Source: an uncultured delta proteobacterium
Lineage (GTDB): Bacteria; Myxococcota_A; Polyangia; Polyangiales; Polyangiaceae
Direction: 5' to 3'
Length of the DNA: 64,000 nucleotides
Assembly (NCBI GenBank): GCA_963839305.1
Contig: CAWIUL010000011.1
Location: 2,441,561-2,505,560 of the forward strand
How positions within the stretch are numbered: the first letter of the stretch is position 1; every line of letters begins with the position of its first letter. Positions 54,494 through 64,000 of this stretch are shown in pieces. Position numbers and translations under genes: made by a program. The notes under the pieces are model-generated. The model had not been told where the DNA came from. It did not search any database and saw nothing but the letters and a program-made list of their open reading frames with translations.

Positions 54494-55898
54494 ATGGAGA
54501 TGGCGCGCCGTCTTCTTTGCGCTCGCCCTCGGTGTGGCGGCTTGTCAGGCGCCCTTGATTGGGCGTGACGGCACGGTCACATTTCCAGAGCCGGGCGCGC
54601 ACGGGGCGGCGGTCCTCACGGCGAACGGGATCCAGTTTCGCGATCGCGCAGATCTGCCCCAGCGCGTGGTGCGAAAGACGACCGACGAGCCCTGGCGCGC
54701 GCCCGTTGGGTTCATCTTGCCCCGCGATGGGCATTTCACCGAGACGAGCAAGCCCACCGTCGTGGCGATGGCTGGGCTCGCGTTCGCGCTTCGTCCGAGC
54801 GACCAGCGCGTCCCGTCTTGGGGCGGCGAGGTCCTCGTTCGAGTCGACGTGATGTCGCCAGCGGCGCAAGGCACGGCTCGCCTCGGCGAGAACATCGTCA
54901 TCGTGCTCGACGGGTCGGGGATGGACTCGATCCTCCTCGCCGAGGACGTGATCGCGCAGACCGGACTCATACGATCGCATCGCGGTCGTCGACGCGACCG
55001 ACGCGAAGCTCGTCGTCCCGCTCATTCCGGCGAACCACCGATCGCTCGCGGAGGCGGCGATCGAGAAGCGCCTCCGCACGTCGGTGCGCGATCAACGCGA
55101 TCTCGGCGCGGCGCTCCGGTTCGCGCGCACGGTCATCGGCGTCGGGCCACATCGTCGCGTCGTCGTGCTCAGCGACGGCGCGGTGCACCCTCGAAGGGCG
55201 CGCTCGACGTCGCGGGCGAGCTCGCGCGCGCGGGCGTTCCAATCAGCGTCATCGGGACGCGCGCGGGCGTGAGCGGCGACGACGCCATGGCGATCGCGCA
55301 GAGCGGCGTCATCGCGGTCGCCGACGACGTGGCCGCGCGCGAGAAGGTCGTGCCGATGGCCGTTCCGCCCGCTGGCGAGGTCGTCTTCCACGACGTCGTG
55401 CTCTCGTTCGCGGGGACGCCGGCTCCGTCGCACGTGCTCGAGACGTCGGGCGGCGGCGTTCGGTGGCGCGTCGACTCGGGCGAGCTCTTGCTCGGCGACG
55501 TGATCGCGGGCGAGGCGCGCACCGAGGTCGTGCGCGTGACCGTGCCCGCGTGGGTTCCCGGATCGGCGTTCACGTTCACGGTGACGGCGACCGCGAAGGA
55601 CGCGAAGTCTGGCGCGCCGCGGATGTTCAGCGCGACGATCCCGTGCACCTACGACGACGACATCGAGCGCATCGCGCAGTCACGCTTCGGCGACGTCATC
55701 GCGTACGCCTCCGCGCTCGCGACGCTCAAGCGACTCGACGCAGCGTTCATCGGCGACGACGTGGCGCGCGCGGGCGGGCTCTGGCAGGTCGCGTGGCTCC
55801 ACGCGAACTCGATGACGCTGCTCGCGCGAGACACGCACGACCGCGCGATCACCGAGCAGGCGGAGATCCTGCGAGCGCTGCTTCTGGCGACCAAGTAG
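54494..55898 (+). CDS. vWA-domain lipoprotein (frame breaks ~54515, ~54960, ~55195)
   Basis: MEMARR.FFALALGVAAC lipobox signal. MIDAS IVIVLDGSGM. A third-frame stretch reads ...RFARTVIGVGPHRRVVVLSDGA before the main frame resumes. Confidence 0.55.
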
Positions 55899-56816
55899 CA
55901 GCGGCGCGGAGACGCCCTCCTCGCCGAGCGCCGTCGTCGCGAGCAGCACGAGCAGGACCCACACGACGTCCGCCGAGAGCAGGTGGAGGAGCTGAAGCCA
56001 CGTCGGCGCGAGCATCATGATGTTGAGCGCGCCGAGGCCGAGCTGGACGAAGTACGCGATCGAGAGCGCCCGCGAAAATCGCTGCACGAGTGGCGTCGGG
56101 CGAACGACCGGCGCGAACGTCGCCAGCGCGAGCAAGAGCACACCCGCGCCGATGGCGACGAACGGGTGGAGCGAGCGCAGCCGGATGAACACGGGCGCCG
56201 ACGGCGCGAGGTCTTGCGCGAGGCCCTGCGCGACCGAGTGCGAGGGGTAGAGCGTGTCGCCGAGGGCCGCGATGGATCCCGTCGCGCCGACGACGAGCGC
56301 CGCGGCGAGCGCTCCGAACGCGAGCGCCCCGAGCCACCCGCGCCCGCGGAACGCGAGCGGCGGCGCGCCCGCCGAGACGCGCGCAGTCACGGCGAGGCTC
56401 GCGAGCAGAACGAACGTGTTCGTGAGGTGGAGCCCCGTCGAGACGCCGCGACGAAGCGAGAGATCATGCGCGACGAGCCGCAAGAGCACGAGCGCCGCGC
56501 CGATGAGCGCCTCGGACGCGGTGAACGCGAGCACCCACGCGGCCCATCGCCGCACGAGCGCGCCCTTCGACGCGATCCGCGTGGCCCACACGAACAGCGC
56601 GACCGCGAGGATGAGCGACCCCCCGCTCGACAGGCGGTGGCTGAGCTCGACGATCGTCTTCGTCTGCGTAGCGTGCGGCACGAGCTCGCCGTTGCAGAGC
56701 GGCCAGTGGCTCCCGCAGCCGTCGCCCGAGAAGCTCACGCGAACGTAAGCGCCCCACAAAACCACGAGCACGTCGTACGCGAGGACCAGCCAGACGAATC
56801 GAGTGAAGCGACGCAT
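55680..56816 (-). CDS. ctaA: heme A synthase (CtaA/COX15 family); 3' tail probably out of frame
   Basis: GCGSHWPLCNG motif; multiple TM helices. The last ~70 aa are Arg-rich and overlap the convergent vWA gene. Confidence 0.7.
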   Translation of the reverse strand: MRRFTRFVWLVLAYDVLVVLWGAYVRVSFSGDGCGSHWPLCNGELVPHATQTKTIVELSHRLSSGGSLILAVALFVWATRIASKGALVRRWAAWVLAFTASEALIGAALVLLRLVAHDLSLRRGVSTGLHLTNTFVLLASLAVTARVSAGAPPLAFRGRGWLGALAFGALAAALVVGATGSIAALGDTLYPSHSVAQGLAQDLAPSAPVFIRLRSLHPFVAIGAGVLLLALATFAPVVRPTPLVQRFSRALSIAYFVQLGLGALNIMMLAPTWLQLLHLLSADVVWVLLVLLATTALGEEGVSAPLLLGRQKQRSQDLRLLGDRAVVRVSREQRHRVRVEPRDLPEPARARHVVADERCVESLERRERGGVRDDVAEA

Positions 56817-56887
56817 GGCGGACCTGGCCTTAGCATAGACGCGACCAAAAGTTGGCCCAGTCGGCTCGACAATGCGACAGCCGACGG

Positions 56888-57581
56888 ATGAAGCGAATCG
56901 CACTCCTCCCGATCTCCCTCCTGGTCTTCGGCTGCTCCGCGCACCACATGACGCCCGCGGTGGCCGAGGCGCCGCTTCAGTCTGCGAAGGTCTTTCCGAT
57001 GACCTTCGACAACGTCGCCGACGAAGCGAATCCGTACATCTCGCAGTCCACCGACACGCGCAGCGTGGGTGACTGGGTCACGACCGAGTTCGCCGCGAAC
57101 GGCCGGCCCATCACGGTCCAGCAGCGCGTCCTCTCGCGCGACGGCGCCGCGAGCGTCGTCGAGGTCGCCATTAAAGACGCGCGGCAAGACGCAGACGTTC
57201 CGCATGCGCACGCAGACCACCGCCGCGGGCGAGCAGGTCCTCGACGTCACCAAGGTCGAAGGCGGCATCGAGCACGCGACGACCATGGCGACCTACGAGG
57301 CCGCGCTCCAGAAGACCGTTCCGAGCGTCGACCGCAACGACGGCATGATCGACGTCGAGCCCGTCACGATCGACCTCGGCAGCCGCAAGATCGAAGCGGT
57401 CCGCACGACGTACAAAGTCGTCGCCGGCGGCAAGCCTGCGACGATGAGCGTCATCCACAGCGACGCGTTCGCCTGGGGCGACCTCGGGGGCGACATCGTC
57501 ACCGAGAGCGGAAAGAAGCTCTACTCGACGCGCGTCGTCGAAGCGGGCGACGCGACCGCCGCGGTCGCCGACCGCAAGTAG
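56888..57581 (+). CDS. lipoprotein, hypothetical (frame break ~57180)
   Basis: MKRIALLPISLLVFGCS lipobox. Continuation found in ORF 57069..57581. Confidence 0.5.
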
Positions 57582-57590
57582 CCCGGGGCC

Positions 57591-58700
57591 TCAGCTCCCG
57601 CGGACGACGAGCACCACCGCAACGACGGTCGCGACGAGGCGTGCCGTCTCGAGCGCGCGCGCCCAGCGCTTTCCCTCGAGCAGCGCGCCCATCGCGACGA
57701 GCCCGCCCAAGAGCGCGGCAGAAGACGCGACGAGCGCGATGGGCGACAAGCGAGCGCGTCCGAACATGAGCGCCGACGTGGCCGCGAGCAGCGCGACGTA
57801 TTGCACGAGCACGTAGCGACGCGTCGCGCGCGGCGCGTCGACGTCGAACTTCGGGCGCGCGTGGACGTCGGCGGCGTACTTCTGCTCGCCGCGGCCCACC
57901 CACGCGGGCGACGCGAGCCAGACGCGCAACCGATCGACGCCGCGAAGGCGCATCGCGCGCCGGGCGAGCTCGACGAAGTAGTGAGTCTCCGCCCAGAGCG
58001 GGTTGAAGCTCGCGAGCGGCTTCGTGATGCCATAGACGCACGGCTCGACCTCCTCGATGTACGTGCCGAAGAGCCGATCCCACACGATGAGCGTCGCGCC
58101 GTAGTTCTTGTCGAGGTACTGCGGGTTCACGGCGTGGTGGACGCGGTGGTGCGACGGGAGGTTCAGGATCCAATCGACGGGACCGCGGAGCTTTCGAACG
58201 AGCTGCGTGTGAATCCAGAACTGGTAGAGCGTCGAGAACGAGTGCGTGATCGCGAACACGAGCGGCGGCACGCCGAGCACCGCGAGCGGCAGATAGAACG
58301 GCATCGCGGACCACCCCGTCGTGATCGACTGCCGGAGCGCGACGGCGAGGTTGTAGTCCTCGCTCTGGTGGTGCACGACGTGCGCCGCCCACAAGAGGTT
58401 CACCTCGTGCGAGAGCCGGTGCCACCAGTAGTAGAGGAAGTCGACGCCGATGAACGCGACGAGCCACGCCTGCCATCCGCCGAGCTCGACGACGCGGACG
58501 CGCGAAAACACCATCGCGTAGACAGCGAGCTGCGCGGCGGCGAAGAACATCGCCTCGATCTGCTGCGAGATCCCGCACGAGAGATCGGTGATGGTGTCGG
58601 TCATCCGATAGAGGCGCACGCCGCGGACGCGCGCGACGGCCATTTCGACGCCGATCGACGCGAAGAATCCCGGCACGGCGAGGGTGATCGGATCGATCAT
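57591..58700 (-). CDS. fatty acid hydroxylase / sterol desaturase family membrane protein
   Basis: His boxes HRLSH, HHQSEDY, HHRVHH. Confidence 0.8.
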   Translation of the reverse strand: MIDPITLAVPGFFASIGVEMAVARVRGVRLYRMTDTITDLSCGISQQIEAMFFAAAQLAVYAMVFSRVRVVELGGWQAWLVAFIGVDFLYYWWHRLSHEVNLLWAAHVVHHQSEDYNLAVALRQSITTGWSAMPFYLPLAVLGVPPLVFAITHSFSTLYQFWIHTQLVRKLRGPVDWILNLPSHHRVHHAVNPQYLDKNYGATLIVWDRLFGTYIEEVEPCVYGITKPLASFNPLWAETHYFVELARRAMRLRGVDRLRVWLASPAWVGRGEQKYAADVHARPKFDVDAPRATRRYVLVQYVALLAATSALMFGRARLSPIALVASSAALLGGLVAMGALLEGKRWARALETARLVATVVAVVLVVRGS

Positions 58701-58723
58701 CTACGGTAGTGTATCGTCGCACG

Positions 58724-59506
58724 ATGCGGAGGTGGTGGGCTGGGTCTTGCGGCATCACGGTCGCGCTGGTCGCCGGGCTCGCACACGCCGACACGTGCCC
58801 GGTGCCCGAAGGCGGCACCGCGAAGCTCGCGTCGATCGCGGCGAGCGAGCGAATCGACTTCGTTCATCGCACCGAGGCCGATCAAGCGATCTACGCGCGA
58901 AACTGGAAATGGGCGTGGTTCGGCATCGGCTGGGGCTTCGTCGCGGCAGGCTTGATTCAAGCTGGAGCGTGGGCCGCGGGCAACGACGTCGCGCGCGAGG
59001 CCAACATCGTCGACAACCTCATCGTCGCGGGGTTCTCACTCGCGACGCCGCTCACCGCGATCGTGTTCTCGATGCGCGTGGAGTCCGACGCGCCCGCGAT
59101 CGACGAGCTCTTGAAACAGACGAACGGAGGGACCGCCGGCACGTGCCTCGTGCTCGCGCGCATGGAGGAGCTCCTCCAGAAGGGCGGCGAGGAAGAGGCG
59201 TTCAACACCGCGTGGTTCCAGCACGTCATCGCGATGGTCGGTGTCGGCGCGCTCTTCAGCATCATGGCCGTCGAGGCAGCGACCGCTTCGGACCACGACA
59301 TCCAGCAGGCGCACTGGATCAACGCCGTCACCAACGGCGTCGGCGGCATCATCGTCACCGAAGCGCAGCTCCTCACGGCGCCGACCGGCGCGCGCACCGG
59401 ATACAAGCGCTACTTGAAGGGCGAGCTCGACGCGAAGAAGAGCGCGTCTTGGTCCGTCGTGCCGCTCGGCGTCGCGTCGGGCGTCGCGCTTCGTGTGGTG
59501 TTCTAG
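58724..59506 (+). CDS. hypothetical secreted/membrane protein
   Basis: Signal peptide MRRWWAGSCGITVALVAGLAHA and hydrophobic segments. Confidence 0.45.
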   Translation: MRRWWAGSCGITVALVAGLAHADTCPVPEGGTAKLASIAASERIDFVHRTEADQAIYARNWKWAWFGIGWGFVAAGLIQAGAWAAGNDVAREANIVDNLIVAGFSLATPLTAIVFSMRVESDAPAIDELLKQTNGGTAGTCLVLARMEELLQKGGEEEAFNTAWFQHVIAMVGVGALFSIMAVEAATASDHDIQQAHWINAVTNGVGGIIVTEAQLLTAPTGARTGYKRYLKGELDAKKSASWSVVPLGVASGVALRVVF

Positions 59507-59507
59507 C

Positions 59508-59835
59508 TCACTGAAAGAACATCGCGCGCATCGCGCTCTGGCCCAACGCGACGATGCAGATGAACCACGCGACGCCGACCGTGCTCGCGACGAGCTTCGT
59601 CAAGTGCTTGCGCCGCTCGAGGACGGGCGGGCTGGACTTGCGCTCGCTGTCGAGCTCGTACTGGCGATGGGAGGCTCATCACGATCGGTCGTGACGGCGG
59701 CGGCTCGGGCAGAGCGACGACGACCTCCGCGATGACGACCGGAGGTCCCGACGGCTCCGTGTTGTCGGCCTCTTCGTGGACGTCGGCGTCCGGGATCGTG
59801 CTCGCCGCCGCTCTCGGCGTCTCCTCGGGCTGCAT
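59508..59835 (-). CDS. small membrane protein (frame break ~59645)
   Basis: MQPEETPRAA...PPSRPIV is followed in the other frame by ...KHLTKLVASTVGVAWFICIVALGQSAMRAMFFQ*. Confidence 0.3.
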
Positions 59836-59995
59836 TTTTGCTGCGAGCGGGACGCGGCACCATGAGCTTCGTGGCCATGCGTGCTGGAGGAGCAACTCGC
59901 GCGCCAGACGCGAAAGCGCGCATTTTTCAGGGCGATTTACGATCGCTGCCGACGCGGCGCCGCTTCGGTGATGGTCCGCGGATCCACGCCCGCGC

Positions 59996-60958
59996 TCAAG
60001 AAGAGCGCGCGTCGAGCCACGCGATGATGTCCTTCGTGACCGTCGCCTTCTCCGGCTCGTGGAGGAGATCGTGGACCATGTTGCCGTAGAGCTCGAGCGT
60101 CTTGTCCTTCGACGCCGCGCGCTCGAAGAGCTCCTTGCTGCCCGCGGGCGGCGTCACTTGATCGGCCTTGCCGTGCAGGATGAGGAGCGGCACCTCGACG
60201 CTCTCCATCGTCGCGTCGATCGCCTGGATGCCTCCGATGAGCTCCGCGGCCATGTGCGCGGGCGCCGCGCCTTGGTAGACGAGCGGATCCTTGCGGACGC
60301 CGCGCACGACCTCGGGGTCGCGCGAGAACTGGTTGACGTCGAGATCGAACACGTCGAAGTCCGGAAAGACCGCGTCGGTCGCGTTCGTCGCGTCGATCTT
60401 CGCGCCCGAGACTCCGGGCTCGAGCGCGGCGGCGCTGAGGATCATCCCGCGCACGCTCGGGTGGTACATGATCGAGTGCAGCGTGACGATCGCTCCGCCC
60501 ATGCTGTGGCCGAAGACGAACACGGGGACCTTCGCGTCGAGCATCACGCGCGTGAGGAACATGTCGAGGTCCATCACGTAGTCGTCGAAGAGCGTCGTCG
60601 CGACGCGGTTGCCGGCGGAGTAGCCGTGACCGCGGAGGTCGAACGCGTAGACGCCGTAGCCCTTGGCGTTGAGCTCGCGCGCGAAGTCGGCGTAGCGCGA
60701 CGAGTGATCCTTGAGGCCGTGCACGACGACGACGACGCCGCGCTTCTGGACCTTCGTCGGCTGCCAACTCTGCCAGTAGAGCGTCGTCTTGCCGACGCCC
60801 TCGAACTGACCCTGCTCGTGCTTCGTGCCGTCGGGCTGCGCGATCTCTTGGGGGACGCGCGCGGCGACGTAAGGCGTACCGCACGCGGCGGTCGCGAGGG
60901 CGAGCGTGAAGAAGAGTGTGTGCCTGTCATGAGCGGTCGCGAGGGTAACCCGCCACAT
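59996..60958 (-). CDS. alpha/beta hydrolase lipoprotein (lysophospholipase / monoacylglycerol lipase family)
   Basis: LALATAACG lipobox, HGLKDHSSRY, GHSMGG nucleophile elbow. Confidence 0.75.
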   Translation of the reverse strand: MWRVTLATAHDRHTLFFTLALATAACGTPYVAARVPQEIAQPDGTKHEQGQFEGVGKTTLYWQSWQPTKVQKRGVVVVVHGLKDHSSRYADFARELNAKGYGVYAFDLRGHGYSAGNRVATTLFDDYVMDLDMFLTRVMLDAKVPVFVFGHSMGGAIVTLHSIMYHPSVRGMILSAAALEPGVSGAKIDATNATDAVFPDFDVFDLDVNQFSRDPEVVRGVRKDPLVYQGAAPAHMAAELIGGIQAIDATMESVEVPLLILHGKADQVTPPAGSKELFERAASKDKTLELYGNMVHDLLHEPEKATVTKDIIAWLDARSS

Positions 60959-61055
60959 GGCCGAGCGCACCCACGTGGCGCAAAGCCTCGCGCGTCGCGA
61001 ACCGGCGCGCTGAAAGTGGCTCATTTGGCGCATTTTTGTCGGCACGGGGAGTGCA

Positions 61056-61301
61056 ATGGCACGAGCGGAGAATGCAGCCATGATGAACCGAGTCTTTCGA
61101 TCCTCGCGCAGCAATCTCGCCGGGCACCGCGAAGCGATCGACGCCGATTGGGAGCGGGTGAGCGAGAGCGCGCCGTGCCCCATCTGCGGCGGTGACTCGC
61201 TCTGCCGGAAGCATGCGGTGGATGCGTTCGTGTCGTGCACGCGTCGGCCGTCGGAGTGGCCGCTGATCGACGGTGGGTGGCTTCACCGCGTCCGCTCGTG
61301 A
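61056..61301 (+). CDS. small Cys-containing protein (CPICGG...C...C, zinc-ribbon-like)
   Basis: 81-aa ORF with non-junk composition. Its stop overlaps the next ATG (TGATG). Confidence 0.35.
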   Translation: MARAENAAMMNRVFRSSRSNLAGHREAIDADWERVSESAPCPICGGDSLCRKHAVDAFVSCTRRPSEWPLIDGGWLHRVRS

Positions 61302-64000
61302 TGCCGAGCGAGGCTCGCGAGGAGACCGGCTGCCCGGGCTTGGTCTCGAGCGCGCAGTGGGACGAACCCGAAGCGCTCCGCGGTGAGCTCCATACCGCCG
61401 CGCGCCTGTCCGAGCACGCGATCGAGCTCGCGCACGCGCACGGCGCGCCGTCGCTCCGCGTACCGCCGGGTCCGCTACGCAAGCGCTTCGCGGATGCGCG
61501 GCGTCGAATCGACGAGGCGTACGAAGTCCTCTCTCGCGCGCTTCGAACGAGCCGCGAGCCCTCGCCAGCCGAAGAGTGGCTGCTCGACAACTCGCACGTC
61601 GTCGAAGAGCAGATCCGCGAGGTCGAAGAGGATCTTCCGTGGGGCTACCTCGTCGAGCTTCCGCGGCTCGCGAGCGGCGCGATGCGCGGCTACCCGCGCG
61701 TCTACGGGCTCTGCCTCGACTACCTGAGGCACACCGACGCGCGCGTCGAGCTCCAGACGCTCTCCGATTTCGTGATCGCGTACCAGACCGTCCACCCGCT
61801 CACGATCGGCGAGCTCTGGGCCGTTCCGATCATGCTTCGCGTCGGCCTCGTGCTGGCGGTGGGCGCGCTCGCGTCGTCCGAGGCGAGCGAGAGCGAGCGC
61901 GAGCGGGGCTCGGCTTGGGCCGCGCGGATCATCGAGCACGGACAGGCGCCCGAGCAGATCAGCGAGGTGCTCGCGGAGCTCGAGAGAAACGATCGCCCCA
62001 TCACGGCGCCGCTGCTCGTCGAGCTCTTGCGGCACCTGCGCGAGCACGAGGCGCCGCTCGGAATCGCGACCGACTGGGTCGTCGCGCAGGCCGCGAAGAT
62101 GGGCACGACGCCCGAGGACCTCACGCGCCGCCAGCACCTGCGCCGCGCGGCCGATCAGGTGTCGGTCGGCAACTCGATCACGAGCATGCGCGCGATCGCG
62201 GCGCTCGACTGGAACGCGTTCTTCGAGCGCGCGAGCCGGGTCGAGGCCATTCTCCGCCGCGATCCCGTGAGGGCCTATGCCGCGATGGACATCGCCACGC
62301 GCGATCAATACCGGCACGCGGTCGAGCGCCTCGCGCGACGATCGAAGAAGAGCGAAATCGACGTCGCGGACACGGCGCTGACGCTCGCGGAGGTCGCGAA
62401 GGATCACATCGGCTTTTGGCTGATCGGCGACCGGCGCATCGAGCTCGAGAAGAGCCTCGGCTACCGCGCGCGCTTCGACGAGCTGATCGCGCAGCCGATC
62501 GTGCGGCATCCCTCGACGTTCTACCTCGGGACGATCGTGTTCTTCGCGGGCGTGGCGTGCGGGCTCGCGGCGCTCGTCGGACGCGAGCGCCTCCCGCCAG
62601 TGCCGCTCGCGCTCCTGATCGCGCTCTTCTCGCTGCCTGCGACCGAGATCGCGATCGCGATCGTCAACAGCCTCGTCGTCGCCGTCGTCCCGCCGCGCGT
62701 CCTTCCGAAGATGGCGCTCGAGTCGTCGATCCCGCCGGAGCACCGCACGCTCGTCGTCGTCCCCGCGATCCTCGACGGCCCCGAGACCGTGCGCGATCTG
62801 CTCGAGTCCCTCGAGATCCGCTCGCTCGCGAACCTCGAGAAGAACCTGCATTTCGCGCTCCTCACGGACTTTCGCGACGACGAGAGCGAGCGCAGGCCCG
62901 AGGACGAAGCGCTGCTCGCGCTCGCGCGCGACGGGATCGCCGAGCTCGACGCGCGCTGGGAGCACCCGGGCGAGCACCGCTACGTGCTCCTCCACAGGCG
63001 GCGCGTGCGAAACGAATCGCACGACCGCTGGATGGGCTGGGAGCGCAAGCGGGGCAAGCTCGAGGAGCTCAATCGACTGCTCCGCGGCGCGACCGACACG
63101 ACGTTCGACGTGGTCACCGCTCCCAAAGAGCTCCTCGAGAGCGTGCGCTTCGTCATCACGCTCGACGCGGACACGGAGCTCCCGCGCGACACGGCGCGCA
63201 AGCTCGTCGCGACGCTCGCGCACCCGCTCGTGAGGCCGAGGCTCGATCGCGCGGGCCGGCGCGTCGTGAGCGGGCACGGCGTCATCCAGCCGCGCGTCGG
63301 GACGGCCCCCGTGAGCTCGCGGCGTACGCGCTACGCGCGCGTGGCTTCGCCGCCGACGGGGATCGATCCGTACACGACCGCGGTGTCGGATGTTTATCAG
63401 GACCTCTTCGGCGAGGGATCCTTCGTCGGAAAGGGCATCTACGACGTCGATGCGTTCGCCGCCACGCTCGGCGGCCGCGTCCCCGAGAACGCGCTCCTCA
63501 GCCACGACTTGTTCGAGGGGATCTTCGCGCGGAGCGCGCTCGCCAGCGACATCGAGGTGCTCGACGAGCAGCCCTCGTCCTACGAGGTGGCCGCGGCGCG
63601 CCTCCACCGGTGGATCCGCGGCGACTGGCAGATGGTCGTCGTCGCGCTGCGCTTCGCGCGTGAGCTTCGCGCGCTCGACGCGTGGAAGATCGCCGACAAC
63701 CTGCGGCGGAGCGTGCTCCCGCTCGCGCTCGTCGTCTCGTGCGTCGTCGGGTGGCTCGAGGGCCCGCTCGTCGGGGCGTTCGTCACCGCCACGCTCGTCG
63801 TGACGCTCGCCACGTCGGTCGTCGCTCGCACCGTGATCGCCATGAGCCGCGCGCGAACCTCGCGCACCTTCGTCGGCGCGATCGGCGACGACCTCGCGTC
63901 GAACCTGCGCCAGTCGCTCGTGCATGGGATCTTCTTGTTCGACGAGGCGCTGCTCGCGGTCGACGCCATCGCGCGCACGATCCACAGGCTCGCGATCAGC
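61301..64000 (+). CDS. cyclic beta-1,2-glucan synthase (GT84; NdvB/ChvB/Cgs family), N-terminal ~900 aa; continues past window end
   Basis: This third frame was missed by the ORF track because no stop occurs in the window. EEWLLDNSHVVEEQIREV, LTIGELWAVPIMLRVGLV, multiple TM helices, DRWMGWERKRGKLEELNRLLRG, ITLDADTELPRD, GHGVIQPRV, RLHRWIRGDWQ. Confidence 0.8.
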   Translation, partial: MPSEAREETGCPGLVSSAQWDEPEALRGELHTAARLSEHAIELAHAHGAPSLRVPPGPLRKRFADARRRIDEAYEVLSRALRTSREPSPAEEWLLDNSHVVEEQIREVEEDLPWGYLVELPRLASGAMRGYPRVYGLCLDYLRHTDARVELQTLSDFVIAYQTVHPLTIGELWAVPIMLRVGLVLAVGALASSEASESERERGSAWAARIIEHGQAPEQISEVLAELERNDRPITAPLLVELLRHLREHEAPLGIATDWVVAQAAKMGTTPEDLTRRQHLRRAADQVSVGNSITSMRAIAALDWNAFFERASRVEAILRRDPVRAYAAMDIATRDQYRHAVERLARRSKKSEIDVADTALTLAEVAKDHIGFWLIGDRRIELEKSLGYRARFDELIAQPIVRHPSTFYLGTIVFFAGVACGLAALVGRERLPPVPLALLIALFSLPATEIAIAIVNSLVVAVVPPRVLPKMALESSIPPEHRTLVVVPAILDGPETVRDLLESLEIRSLANLEKNLHFALLTDFRDDESERRPEDEALLALARDGIAELDARWEHPGEHRYVLLHRRRVRNESHDRWMGWERKRGKLEELNRLLRGATDTTFDVVTAPKELLESVRFVITLDADTELPRDTARKLVATLAHPLVRPRLDRAGRRVVSGHGVIQPRVGTAPVSSRRTRYARVASPPTGIDPYTTAVSDVYQDLFGEGSFVGKGIYDVDAFAATLGGRVPENALLSHDLFEGIFARSALASDIEVLDEQPSSYEVAAARLHRWIRGDWQMVVVALRFARELRALDAWKIADNLRRSVLPLALVVSCVVGWLEGPLVGAFVTATLVVTLATSVVARTVIAMSRARTSRTFVGAIGDDLASNLRQSLVHGIFLFDEALLAVDAIARTIHRLAIS

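Noticed and set aside
61475-63985. 836-aa minus ORF and 695-aa plus ORF over the window end
   Set aside because: Asp/Glu/Arg-rich junk. The third plus frame encodes an unmistakable cyclic beta-1,2-glucan synthase.

Overview
Very high-GC (~70%) bacterial chromosome segment whose gene content looks like Myxococcota (Sorangium/Sandaracinus-like): large TPR proteins, many lipoproteins, Ser/Thr kinases, ECF sigma and sigma54 regulation. No rRNA, tRNA, CRISPR array, transposase or integrase was found.

Most of the long arginine-rich ORFs in the six-frame track are wrong-frame or antisense readings of real genes. The real genes were identified by motif content.

The minus strand carries a long co-directional gene train from 19691 down to 1:
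- NtrC-type regulator, a small membrane protein, a DCC-family thiol-disulfide oxidoreductase, an aminotransferase and a lipoprotein.
- ECF sigma factor, anti-sigma factor and a membrane protein with bactofilin-like repeats.
- a giant (~12 kb) TPR-repeat locus.
- glyQ, truncated by the window start.

Other notable content:
- a divergent sigma54 enhancer-binding protein / histidine kinase pair followed by a sigma54 promoter upstream of a DUF1328 protein and a CheY-like receiver gene.
- a frameshifted GH31 glycosidase gene.
- a bacterial major vault protein (MVP) homolog between a SAM methyltransferase and a tetraheme c-type cytochrome lipoprotein.
- an OPT transporter, pdxH, lgt, tsaE, ctaA, a sterol-desaturase-family hydroxylase and an alpha/beta hydrolase.
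- a ~1330-aa Ser/Thr kinase / cyclase-like / AAA / TPR signalling protein.
- a palindromic cassette of two convergent paralogous four-helix-bundle genes (23S-rRNA-IVS / Avd-like) bracketed by direct (CGTCTC)n tracts.
- the N-terminal 2.7 kb of a cyclic beta-1,2-glucan synthase gene running off the window end.

A ~130-nt palindrome-containing element occurs twice, each time in a convergent intergenic region.

At least 15 genes are split by +1/-1 frame breaks. That frequency points to assembly indel errors (or pseudogenes) and should be checked against reads. All coordinates may be off by 1-2 nt.
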